A stretch of DNA of 42,500 bases from Candidatus Dormiibacterota bacterium (GTDB lineage: Bacteria > Chloroflexota > Dormibacteria > Aeolococcales > Aeolococcaceae). The stretch is taken from NCBI GenBank assembly GCA_035544475.1, contig DATKEY010000166.1, positions 1-42,500 on the forward strand. Reading direction: 5' to 3'. A program made the translations under genes and the position numbers. Below the pieces are notes generated by a model, which worked only from the letters and a program-made list of their open reading frames with translations, did no database searches and was not told the origin of the DNA. Positions 34,555 to 42,500 of the stretch are shown piece by piece. Numbering within the stretch: the first letter of the stretch is position 1; each line of letters starts with the position of its first letter.

Positions 34555-36879
34555 ATGCCACGGATCCTGGTCGCGGCCCTGGCCGGGTTGCTCACCGCCG
34601 CCCTCGCCCCCGCGGGCGGAGCGCGGGCCTCCCTGCTGCCGGCGCCGCCGGTCCGGGGTACGCCGGCGAGCCTGCCCGCCGGGCTCACCCCGACGGTGCC
34701 TGGACTGCTCCCGCGGCCTGGGGCGCCCTCAGGCGCGTCGTCGCACGCCGCGGTCGCGAGCCCGGCGAGGACGGGGCCGCACCGCCAGGGCCTCAGCACG
34801 GCCCTCGCCCTCGGCCTGATCGGCCTCGACGACCCCGGCGGAGGGGGAGACGACGCCGGAGTGCGCGACTCCTTCCCCGGCACCGGCGTCCCCCGGCCGC
34901 CGGCGGGCCTCGGGCCCGACGTCATCGTCAACCAGGACCGCTCGGCGATGCCCCACAACGAGACCTCGGTGGCGATCAACCCGCGCAACCCCGACAACAT
35001 CCTCATCGGCGCCAACGACTACACGCTCGGCTTCGGCAGCTCCGGCTTCTACACGAGCTTCGACGGCGGTCAGACCTTCTACGGCGGGGTGCTGCCGCTG
35101 CCCTCGGTGATCTACAGCCCGCCGGTGCCGTCCCCGCCGCCGCTCCCCGGCCCGGTGTCGGGGGTGCCGAAGAGTCCGATCGCCCTCGACGGCGGCGGTG
35201 ACCCGGCGGTCGCCTTCGACCGCGACGGCGTCGCGTACTACGCGGAGATCAACTTCCATCGCACCGGCTGCGTGAGCGGGGTCTTCGTGCTGCGCTCGAC
35301 GAACGGCGGTCAGACGTGGAGCCGCCCGCTCGCCGGCGATCCGATGGCCGGCGACACCCGCCTGGCCGGCGACGGCGTCGTCGCCGTGAACCGCGACGAG
35401 CACGATTGCAAGCTCTTCTTCGACTAGGAGTACATCGCCACCGGGCCGCGACCCGGGGACGTCGGGGTCGACCCCTTCGCGGATCGAGCCCACATCTCCT
35501 CCGACCGCCTGTATGCCGTCTACTCCGCGTTCGGCCAGCTGCCGCCGCTCGCCGTCGCCCCCTACGCCGGGCCGGTGGCCGGCCAGGGATCGCCGACCTT
35601 CGTCTCCCACTCCGACGACCAGGGGCGCCACTGGAGCACGCCGGTCTACGTCGACGGAGCCAGCCGCACCCTCTGCACCGCAGCGAACACCGCGCCGCCC
35701 GCGCCGCCGTCGCCGCTGCCCGCGGTGCAGCCGCCGGCCGGCCTCGGCGTGCCCCCGGCGCCGCCCGGGATCGACGAGTGTGTCGACAGCCAGGGAGCCG
35801 TCCCGGCCGTCGACCCGCGCACCGGCATGGTGTACGTGACCTTCAGCAACGGCGACAACCCCACCTGCCCGAACGGCCAGGTGCTCGTCGCCTCCTCCCC
35901 GGACGGCGGGCGGAGCTGGAGTGCGGAGCCGACCCAGGCGGCCTGCCTCGTCGTCCCGCTGCCGACCGCGGGGGAGCAGGGGTGCTCGGGGGAGCCCGCG
36001 GGCCAGGAGGTGGTCAGCGGCTACTGCTTCCGGGTACCGAGCGCGACCCAGCAGTCGGTGACCGTGAACCCCGTCGACGGCAGCGTCCACGTCGTCTACC
36101 AGGACAACCGCAACGGCGGCCAGGACTGGGACGCGTCGAAGCCGGGGGCGAAGCCGTCGGACGTCGACATCTTCACCACCGCCTCCCACGACGGCGGCCG
36201 GAGCTGGGGTGCCGCCGTGCGGGTCAACCAGGACCCCGTCGGCGACCATCGCGACCAGTTCTTCCCCTGGTCGGCGTACGGTGCCGACGGCACCCTCTAC
36301 GTCGCGTTCCTCGACCGCGCCCTCGACCCCGGGGGCGGGCCGCCGGGGGCGACCTTCCAGCTGCTCGATCCCGGCGGGCGGCTCATCGGGCGCAGCCTCG
36401 CGGTCTCTCACGACGGCGGAGCGACGTTCACCTCGCGGGCGATCTCCACCGGCCTCTTCGACGGCAACCTCGGCTTCCGCAAGGGCGCCTTCCTCGGGGA
36501 CTACACGGGGATCGCGGCCGGGCCGCTCGGCGCCTTCACGGCGTGGCCGGACACCCGCCGCGCCGGGAGCCTGGTGAAGGGCGACAACCCCACCGAGGTG
36601 TGGTCGGACATCGTCGGCTACGCGAGCGCTCCGGGGAGCGCCGAGCCCCGCCCCCGTGCGGCACGCCCCGCCGGCCCGGTGGCGCCGTACGGCCGGGCGA
36701 CCGTCCATGTGGGGACGTCGCCGGAGCCTCCCGACGCGTACGGGCCGCCGCCGGCGACGCCCGCGGCGGCGACCGCGCCGCCCGAGACGCGCCTCGGCGA
36801 CATCCTCGGCGGCTTCCTCGCCGGGATGCTGGTGATGGCGCTCTCCTCGCTGGGTCGCCGGCGCCGCCGTCGCGTCTGA
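34555..36879 (+). pseudogene. BNR/Asp-box repeat (sialidase-fold-like) secreted protein with C-terminal TM anchor, interrupted by an in-frame TAG at 35425-35427 (pseudogene or read-through)
   Basis: Signal peptide MPRILVAALAGLLTAALAPAGGARA. Asp-boxes: STNGGQTWS, SDDQGRHWS, SPDGGRSWS, SHDGGRSWG, SHDGGATFT. Both halves (34555-35424 and 35428-36879) are in one frame, and the coding-like sequence continues immediately after the TAG (CKLFFD*EYIATGPRP...DRLYAVYSAF). Confidence 0.65.
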
Positions 36880-37000
36880 GCCCGGTCGGATTCCCCTGTC
36901 ATCGAGGGTCGGGGCGACGTATGCTCCAGTTGCCGAGGAGCGCATCGTGTGTCGCCCTACATTCAGGCGAGAGGAAGGGTCCCGCGTGGGGTCCCGGTCA

Positions 37001-37029
37001 TTGGAAGTTGCGCCCGGCTCGGTTGAAAT
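37001..37029 (+). promoter_or_regulatory. Putative sigma70-type promoter (TTGGAA-N17-TGAAAT) upstream of the esterase / aminoacyl-lipid synthase pair
   Basis: Hexamers at 37001-37006 and 37024-37029 with 17-nt spacing, in a locally lower-GC intergenic region. Pattern inference only. Confidence 0.3.
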
Positions 37030-37103
37030 GGTGGGATTTGCGGTGAGGAGGTGGCCCTGGCGCAATTCGCCGGTGGCACACGCCCTCACCGGGTAGGAGA
37101 TTC

Positions 37104-38837
37104 GTGGGCGCGCAGCAGGGAATGGGATACGACGACGGCGTTGCCCGTATGCGCCGGCTTCTCGACCAGATGTCGGCCGAGGTCGCCGTGCTCGAGCCGC
37201 CCGAGGCGGGCGAGGAGGAGCCTTCGGGGACGGCGCCGGCCGGGCGCCGGGCGGCCGCGAGGCGCCGCGTGCGGCGGGTGGCGGCCGAGCCGGTGGTGCC
37301 GACCCCGGTCGTGCCCCGGGTCGCGCCCCCTCCCCCGCCTCCTGTCGCCGAGGAGGTCGTGGCGCCACCCTCCCCCCGACGGCTGCGCTGGTCGCGGTCG
37401 CCGGCCGCGACGGTCGCGAGCGCCACCGGGGTCGCGCTGCTGAGCGTGCTCCTGTGGAGGCTGTTCGGCGGCGGCGTCCAGGGCTGGGCGGTCGGGCTGG
37501 GCATGGACGACGAGCGCGGCGCGCTCATGGCGGCGTTGATCATCACCGCGGCGGCGGCTGCCGGAGTGGTCGCCGGCGGTGGCCGGGTGCGCGCGGCGCG
37601 CCTCGGCGGGATCGTCGCCTTCCTCGCGATCCAGGTCGGCCCCTTCCTCGTGCGTGGCAGCCGGACGGCGACCACCGAGGGGCTGAACGCCCACCTCCGG
37701 GTGCGCGGCTGGGTCCTCCAGCCGCTCGGCATGCTCCTCCTCGCCGTTCTCGTGGTGAGCATCGGCGCCGCGCTCGGCCAGCTCGTCCGCAGCGACCTCG
37801 CCGGGGTGGTTCGGGCGGTGCGCCGCCGGCGGCGCGGATGGGTCGGCCCGGCGGCGATCCTGCTCTTCGCGATCGTCGCTGCGGGCCCGGCGATGACCGC
37901 GGTCCAGGATGGGCCGATCAGCGCCCTCTACGACTACTCGACGCCGGCGACGGGTGCGAGCCACGAGTCCGGCGGCGGTCCGGAGCTCGCGGCCGGGGGC
38001 CTGGCCGGCGCACAGGGGAGTGCGAAGGCGGGCGCCGCGGATACCCTCCCGGGACGGCTGCGCCCCGGGCACATCGAGTCCTTCACGGTCGACGGCCGCA
38101 CCTCGCTCGTCTACGTGCCGGGCGACTACGCGGCGGAGCCGAGGCGGGACTTCCCGGTCGTCTACTTCCTCCACGGCTATCCGGGCAACGAGGACCAGTG
38201 GGTCGGCGACGGCGCGCAGCTCCCCCACATCCTCGACCAGCTGATCTCCGCCGGCGAGCTTCCCCCGGTGATCGCGGTGATGCCCGACGGCAACGGCCAG
38301 CAGCTCAGCGACGCCGAGTGGGGAAACACCCAGCGCGGTGACCGCGTCGAGGACTGGCTCGTCACGCGCGCCGTCCCCGAGGTGGACCACCGCTACCGCA
38401 CCCTGGGCACCGCATTCCGCGGCGTCGCGGGGCTGAGCTCCGGCGGCTTCGGCGCCATCGACCTCGCGCTCCGTCACCCCGACGTCTTCCGCTGGGCGGC
38501 GAGCTACTCCGGATTCTTCTTCGGCCGGCGGGACATCTTCGGCGCCGACGTCCCCGCGCACAGCCCGATGCTGATCGCGAAGAACGTCCCGGCGGTGTCG
38601 CGCATGCCGCTCTTCCTCGGCGCCGGCGACAGCGACCGCGTCTTCCTCGCCCAGCAGGGCAACTTCATCAGCGCGCTCCACGATCTGGGCTGGCTGCCGG
38701 TGCACGAGGACCTCGTCGCCGGCGGTCACGGCTGGGAGGCGTGGCGGCTGCAGATGGTGCACAGCCTTCAGTGGCTCGGCGGTCTCTGGGGCTCGGACCC
38801 CGGCACCCCGCTGTGCCATGCGAGCTGCAATGGTTAG
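37104..38837 (+). CDS. Membrane-anchored putative esterase (Esterase_D/PF00756-like alpha/beta hydrolase domain)
   Basis: GTG 37104 preceded by AGGAG (37095-37099). Charged/Pro-rich N-terminal region, several TM helices, then a C-terminal domain with VVYFLHGYPG and GLSSGGFGA (GxSxG). Confidence 0.8.
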   Translation: MGAQQGMGYDDGVARMRRLLDQMSAEVAVLEPPEAGEEEPSGTAPAGRRAAARRRVRRVAAEPVVPTPVVPRVAPPPPPPVAEEVVAPPSPRRLRWSRSPAATVASATGVALLSVLLWRLFGGGVQGWAVGLGMDDERGALMAALIITAAAAAGVVAGGGRVRAARLGGIVAFLAIQVGPFLVRGSRTATTEGLNAHLRVRGWVLQPLGMLLLAVLVVSIGAALGQLVRSDLAGVVRAVRRRRRGWVGPAAILLFAIVAAGPAMTAVQDGPISALYDYSTPATGASHESGGGPELAAGGLAGAQGSAKAGAADTLPGRLRPGHIESFTVDGRTSLVYVPGDYAAEPRRDFPVVYFLHGYPGNEDQWVGDGAQLPHILDQLISAGELPPVIAVMPDGNGQQLSDAEWGNTQRGDRVEDWLVTRAVPEVDHRYRTLGTAFRGVAGLSSGGFGAIDLALRHPDVFRWAASYSGFFFGRRDIFGADVPAHSPMLIAKNVPAVSRMPLFLGAGDSDRVFLAQQGNFISALHDLGWLPVHEDLVAGGHGWEAWRLQMVHSLQWLGGLWGSDPGTPLCHASCNG

Positions 38838-40350
38838 CGTCGATCCGCGGCTGCGGCGCCGCCTGCCCTCCGGCCTGACGGGCGCCGGCGTGCGCGGAGG
38901 CGCCGCTCTGGCGCTGATCGCCGCCTGGGCGCTCATCCTCGCCGCCCGGCCCCACCTCGCCCCCGGTCTCGGCCACACCCCTCCTGGCGTCCTGATCGCC
39001 GGGACCGCGGCGATCGCCGCGCTCGCCATCGGCATCTGCCTCGGCCAGCTGCTCGCCTGGTGGATGACCGCCGGGGTCATCGTCGCGGGCCTCAGCGCGG
39101 TGGCGCTCGCGCCCGCCCACCCCTGGCGCGCCGAGTGGATGCTCGTGTGCGCCGCGGTGCTGCTCGTGCTCGCGTACCCGGCGCACCCGGGGCGGGTCGT
39201 CATCGGCGCCGGGAGGGGCCTTGCGGTCGCCGGCGTCGCCGCCCAGGCGCTGGCCCTCCTGCTCGGCGCGCGCGCCCACGCGGGGCCGGTCCCGGTGCCC
39301 TTCGTGCTCGGCGGCGTCGTCGGCGGGGTCGCGGTGAGCCGGCGTCCGCGGGGCGAGTGCGGCATGCGCGCCGTCCCCGCAGTCGAGGTCGAGCGTGCCC
39401 GAAGCGCGCACGGGCGCAGCCACATCAGCTGCTTCGTCGCGACCGCGGACAAGCGCGCGGTCGCCCTCCCGGGCGGTGCGGTGACCGCCTTCCGCAGCGC
39501 CGCTCGGGTCGCCATCGCGGTCGGTGACCCGCTCGCCGCCCCCGAGGACCGCCCGGCCGCGATCTCCGAGTTCGTCGAGGCGTGTGCCCGTCGCGGCTGG
39601 GAGCCGTGCTTCTACCAGACCGCCCCCGAGCTCCGGGATGCCTACCGCGCCGCCGGGATGCGGCTGCTGAAGTTCGGCGAGGAGGCGATCATCGACCTCG
39701 ACACCTTCACCCTCGCGGTGCCCGAGCGCGCCAACCTCCGGCGCGAGGTCTACCGGGCCGACCGCGCCGGCCTCACCGCGACGGTGACCCCCTGGGCGGC
39801 CGCCGAGCCGCTGCTCCGGGCGGACCTCGAGCCGGTGTCGCGCGCATGGCTGCAGCCGCGGACGGGGCGGGAGATGGGCTTCTCCCTCGGCCGCTTCCAG
39901 GAGACGGTCGACCCGGGCGCCTGGCTGGTGGTGGTGCGTGGCCCGGGCGGCAAGGTCCACGCCTTCAGCTCCTGGCTTCGCCTCGGCGGCGACGGGATCG
40001 CCCTCGACCTGGTCCGGCGCGACCCCGAGGCGGGCCCGGGCGCGGTCGACCTCTGCTGCGTCGAGGCTCTCTTCGAGGCGAAGCGGCGAGGGCTGAAGAT
40101 CGCCTCCCTCGGAGCCGTGCCCAGCCGCGACGCCGCCGGCGACGCCCCTGATGGCCGCATCGCCCACATGGTGCGGCGGAGGCTCTACTCGCGCGGGCTC
40201 GCCGGGTACCGCTACGAGTCGCTCGCGCGCTTCAAGAACAAGTTCGCCCCGCGCTGGGAGAGCCGCGACATCGCCTTCGGCGGCGGGCCCTCGTCGCCGC
40301 GGGTGCTCGGCGCGCTCATCGCCGTTCACCTGAGGCGGCGCTCGGAGTAG
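38818..40350 (+). CDS. DUF2156-domain protein: MprF/LysX-type aminoacyl-phosphatidylglycerol (aminoacyl-lipid) synthase-like, with about 6 N-terminal TM helices
   Basis: The C-terminal domain (…FYQTAPELRDAYRAAGMRLLKFGEEAIIDLDTFTL...REMGFSLGRF...YRYESLARFKNKFAPRWESR) matches the conserved C-terminal synthase domain of MprF. 20-nt overlap with the esterase gene. Confidence 0.8.
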   Translation: MRAAMVSVDPRLRRRLPSGLTGAGVRGGAALALIAAWALILAARPHLAPGLGHTPPGVLIAGTAAIAALAIGICLGQLLAWWMTAGVIVAGLSAVALAPAHPWRAEWMLVCAAVLLVLAYPAHPGRVVIGAGRGLAVAGVAAQALALLLGARAHAGPVPVPFVLGGVVGGVAVSRRPRGECGMRAVPAVEVERARSAHGRSHISCFVATADKRAVALPGGAVTAFRSAARVAIAVGDPLAAPEDRPAAISEFVEACARRGWEPCFYQTAPELRDAYRAAGMRLLKFGEEAIIDLDTFTLAVPERANLRREVYRADRAGLTATVTPWAAAEPLLRADLEPVSRAWLQPRTGREMGFSLGRFQETVDPGAWLVVVRGPGGKVHAFSSWLRLGGDGIALDLVRRDPEAGPGAVDLCCVEALFEAKRRGLKIASLGAVPSRDAAGDAPDGRIAHMVRRRLYSRGLAGYRYESLARFKNKFAPRWESRDIAFGGGPSSPRVLGALIAVHLRRRSE

Positions 40351-41112
40351 TCAGCGACCCCGCGGGGGCGGCCGCCGGCGTGGCGGGGGCGCCCGGCGGC
40401 GCTGGCGCCGGAGCGTGAGCAGCGTGCCCCCGGCGAGCAGGACGGCGGCGACCGCGAGGAGGACGAGGAACGGGTCGCCCCCGCGGCCGGAGGGCGGTGC
40501 CGCCGAGCCGACGAGGGCGAAGTCGCCGAGCGTCCCCACGTTGGCGGTGTACGAGTCGCCGGAGAGGGCGCCGAGCGCCTCGGTGGGAAGCCGGGTCCAG
40601 GTCCCCGAGGCGAAGAGCTCGATCGTCGGGGTCGGGATGCCTGCCGGTCCGCGGAGGACCACGGTGACGATGTGCCCGGGGCGGACCACCAGCGGTGTGC
40701 CGCCGGCGGTCACGCCGAAGCGGTAGACGTTGCCCTGGACCTCGCCGCCGAGCGGCATGGTCGCCGGGGGGTCGACGGGGACGATGCTCGCCACGACCGC
40801 CGTGGTCCCCGGCGCCACGGCGAAGGAGTCCTGGGCGGCGAGCAGCTGCGCCTGCGGGGGGTTCTCACTCGTCGACGGGTCGAGCGGTGGGCTCTGCCCC
40901 TCCCGCAGTGGAACGCTCGCGCGGGCGCTCGACGGTCTCGTCCTCGATTCGAGACCGGGTGACGGGTGGAGGTAGACGTACGGCGCGGCGGGCGGGGTGA
41001 ACCCCTCGTACATCGGAGGGGAGGGGAGGGGCGACGCCCGCCAGGTCAGCGCCAGCAGCACCGCTCCGACCACGAGCGCCGTCGCGGCGCGTCCGCGTGC
41101 GCTCCCTGCCAC
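40351..41112 (-). CDS. Hypothetical secreted/membrane-anchored protein (N-terminal TM/signal, C-terminal TM plus Arg-rich tail)
   Basis: ORF 40351..41202(-). The likely start is GTG 41112 (VAGSARGRAATALVVGAVLLALTW). C-terminus: ...GGDPFLVLLAVAAVLLAGGTLLTLRRQRRR. No family recognised. Confidence 0.5.
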   Translation of the reverse strand: MAGSARGRAATALVVGAVLLALTWRASPLPSPPMYEGFTPPAAPYVYLHPSPGLESRTRPSSARASVPLREGQSPPLDPSTSENPPQAQLLAAQDSFAVAPGTTAVVASIVPVDPPATMPLGGEVQGNVYRFGVTAGGTPLVVRPGHIVTVVLRGPAGIPTPTIELFASGTWTRLPTEALGALSGDSYTANVGTLGDFALVGSAAPPSGRGGDPFLVLLAVAAVLLAGGTLLTLRRQRRRAPPPRRRPPPRGR

Positions 41113-41145
41113 GGGGCGCAATGGTAGGCCTGCTTGAATGGGCCG

Positions 41146-42141
41146 GTGCAGGAGACCAGGGTCGCCGTCGCCGGGACCTCGTTCCCGTCGATCCGCGGCC
41201 ACCTCGAAGCGATGCTCCCCGGAGCCGTGGTCGAGATGCTGCCCGTCGACCGGCTACGGAGCGACGCCTGCGCAGCCGAGGTGCTCATCCCCGCGATGAC
41301 CCGCATCGACGCCGCGGTCATGGAGCGGGTATCCGGCCTGCGCCTCATCCAGCAGTGGGGCGCGGGGCTCGACGGCGTCGACGTCGACGCGGCGAGCGCG
41401 CGCGGCATCCTCGTCGCCAACGTTCCTGCCGCGGTTGGCGGGAACGCGGACTCCGTCGCGGAATGGTGCGTGATGGCGGCGATCGCGATCAACCGCAGCC
41501 TGCCGGTGCTCCAGCGGGTGGTCCGCTCGGGGGCGGGATGGGGCGAGCCGCAGGGGCGTGCGCTCCAGGGCAGGACAGCGGGGATCGTCGGGTTCGGCGG
41601 CATCGGCCAGGCGCTCGCGCTGCGCCTGCGGCCGTTCGGGATGCGCCTCATCGGTGTCCGCCGCCGGCCCGATCCGGAGCTCGCCGGCCGCCTCGGCCTC
41701 GACTGGCTCGGCACCGCCGGGCAGCTCGACGACCTGCTCCGCCAGAGCGACTGCCTCTTCCTCTGCCTCCCGCTCACAGAGACCACACGCGGGCTCGTCG
41801 ACGAGCGCGCCCTCGGCCTGCTCCCCGACGGCGCCTGCGTCGTGAACGCGTCCCGTGGCGCGATCGTCGACCAGGGGGCGCTGGTGCGCGCGCTCGAGAG
41901 CGGGCGCCTCGGCGGCGCCGCCCTCGACGTCTTCGAGGACGAGCCGCTCGATCCGTCCTCCCCCCTCACGTCGCGGCCGGACGTCCTCGCCACTCCGCAC
42001 ATCGCCGGGGTCACCGACGCCTCCTACCGGGGCATCGCCCGCCGGGTGATCGAGAACATCCGCCGCCTCCACGAGGGGAGGCCGCTGATCAACTGCGTCA
42101 ATGACGGGCGCACCGGTGCTCGGACGAGCCCGGAGAGCTGA
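41146..42141 (+). CDS. D-isomer-specific 2-hydroxyacid dehydrogenase family protein
   Basis: NAD-binding motif GIVGFGGIGQALALRL, ASRGAIVD, and HIAGVT (catalytic His). Start is GTG 41146 or TTG 41134. Confidence 0.88.
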   Translation: MQETRVAVAGTSFPSIRGHLEAMLPGAVVEMLPVDRLRSDACAAEVLIPAMTRIDAAVMERVSGLRLIQQWGAGLDGVDVDAASARGILVANVPAAVGGNADSVAEWCVMAAIAINRSLPVLQRVVRSGAGWGEPQGRALQGRTAGIVGFGGIGQALALRLRPFGMRLIGVRRRPDPELAGRLGLDWLGTAGQLDDLLRQSDCLFLCLPLTETTRGLVDERALGLLPDGACVVNASRGAIVDQGALVRALESGRLGGAALDVFEDEPLDPSSPLTSRPDVLATPHIAGVTDASYRGIARRVIENIRRLHEGRPLINCVNDGRTGARTSPES

Positions 42142-42158
42142 TCGACCTGGTCGGGGGA

Positions 42159-42500
42159 TCAGTCGGGGTCGCCGGGGATCCGCAGCCGGCAGGCGGGAAC
42201 CCGCTCGCCGACCCAGCGGAGGATGTGGGTGCGGCGCAGGGTCCAGCCCTTCTCCGGGGGGATGCGACGGAGGACGTCGAGCTGGAAGGTGCGATAGAGG
42301 TCGTCGCTGAGGGTCGGGCCGTCGCTCCATCCGGGCTTGGGGTCCTCGCCGAGGGCGTCGGCGAGGAGCGCGAGGGCGAGGTCGTTCGGGCTCGGGCCGT
42401 CGTAGCCCCAGGCGAAGCCGTCCGGCGACTGGCGCACGATGTGGACGAGCGGACGCCAGCCGTCGACGCTCACCTCGTGGCGGCCGTCCTCGACCCGGAA
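42159..42500 (-). CDS. Conserved hypothetical protein, 5' end beyond the window (motif SPDGFAWGYDGPSPNDLALALL)
   Basis: ORF 42159..42473(-). The reading frame stays open upstream of the listed start to the window edge (…FRVEDGRHEVSVDGWRPLVH…). Confidence 0.55.
   Translation of the reverse strand, partial: FRVEDGRHEVSVDGWRPLVHIVRQSPDGFAWGYDGPSPNDLALALLADALGEDPKPGWSDGPTLSDDLYRTFQLDVLRRIPPEKGWTLRRTHILRWVGERVPACRLRIPGDPD

Noticed and set aside
37051-37443. ORF 37051..37443(+) of 130 aa, whose GTG is immediately preceded by GAGGAG.
   Set aside because: The SD-like hexamer abuts the GTG with essentially zero spacing. The product is Arg/Pro-rich low complexity. It overlaps out of frame the well-supported esterase gene starting at 37104.

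Overview
By eye this is a very high-GC bacterial chromosomal segment, with Actinobacteria-like gene content and codon style. GC3 is strongly biased, so every frame carries long spurious ORFs. About 43 genes can be supported.

Gene content in order:
- 208-3783: a tightly coupled envelope cassette of Cys-repeat lipoprotein, peptidoglycan-binding/HlyD-like adaptor, MacB-type ABC ATPase and FtsX-type permease.
- 3794-9742: a same-strand, tightly packed run of alpha/beta hydrolase, GYD protein, DsbA/FrnE-like oxidoreductase, treY and treZ.
- 9730-11906: a small conserved hypothetical, a DUF3048-type lipoprotein and an SDR.
- 11997-26354: a complete 14-gene NADH:quinone oxidoreductase operon, nuoA to nuoN.
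- 26386-32296: SDR, acyl-ACP thioesterase-like protein, DUF885, a short FAD-binding protein, ResB and a histidine phosphatase.
- 32382-32618: a lower-GC non-coding stretch ending in a textbook intrinsic terminator on the minus strand.
- 32619-34488: a benzoate-CoA-ligase-family gene plus a small Cys protein.
- 34555-36879: a BNR/Asp-box protein interrupted by an in-frame TAG.
- 37104-40350: an overlapping membrane esterase / DUF2156 (MprF-type aminoacyl-lipid synthase) pair.
- 40351-42500: a secreted hypothetical, a D-2-hydroxyacid dehydrogenase and a partial conserved hypothetical.

No rRNA, tRNA, CRISPR array, transposase or integrase was recognised.

Most interesting observations:
- The DsbA/FrnE-like gene has an in-frame TGA exactly at the first Cys of its CxxC motif. 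A perfect 9-bp hairpin starts 11 nt downstream. This makes it a candidate selenoprotein with a SECIS element.
- There are three further translation anomalies. treY has no in-frame start for its conserved N-terminus. The nuoC N-terminal homology runs in-frame right up to the nuoB TAG with only a CTG available as a start. An in-frame TAG splits the BNR protein.
- A candidate structured RNA or attenuator lies at 32425-32618.

No novel multi-gene system could be demonstrated from sequence alone.
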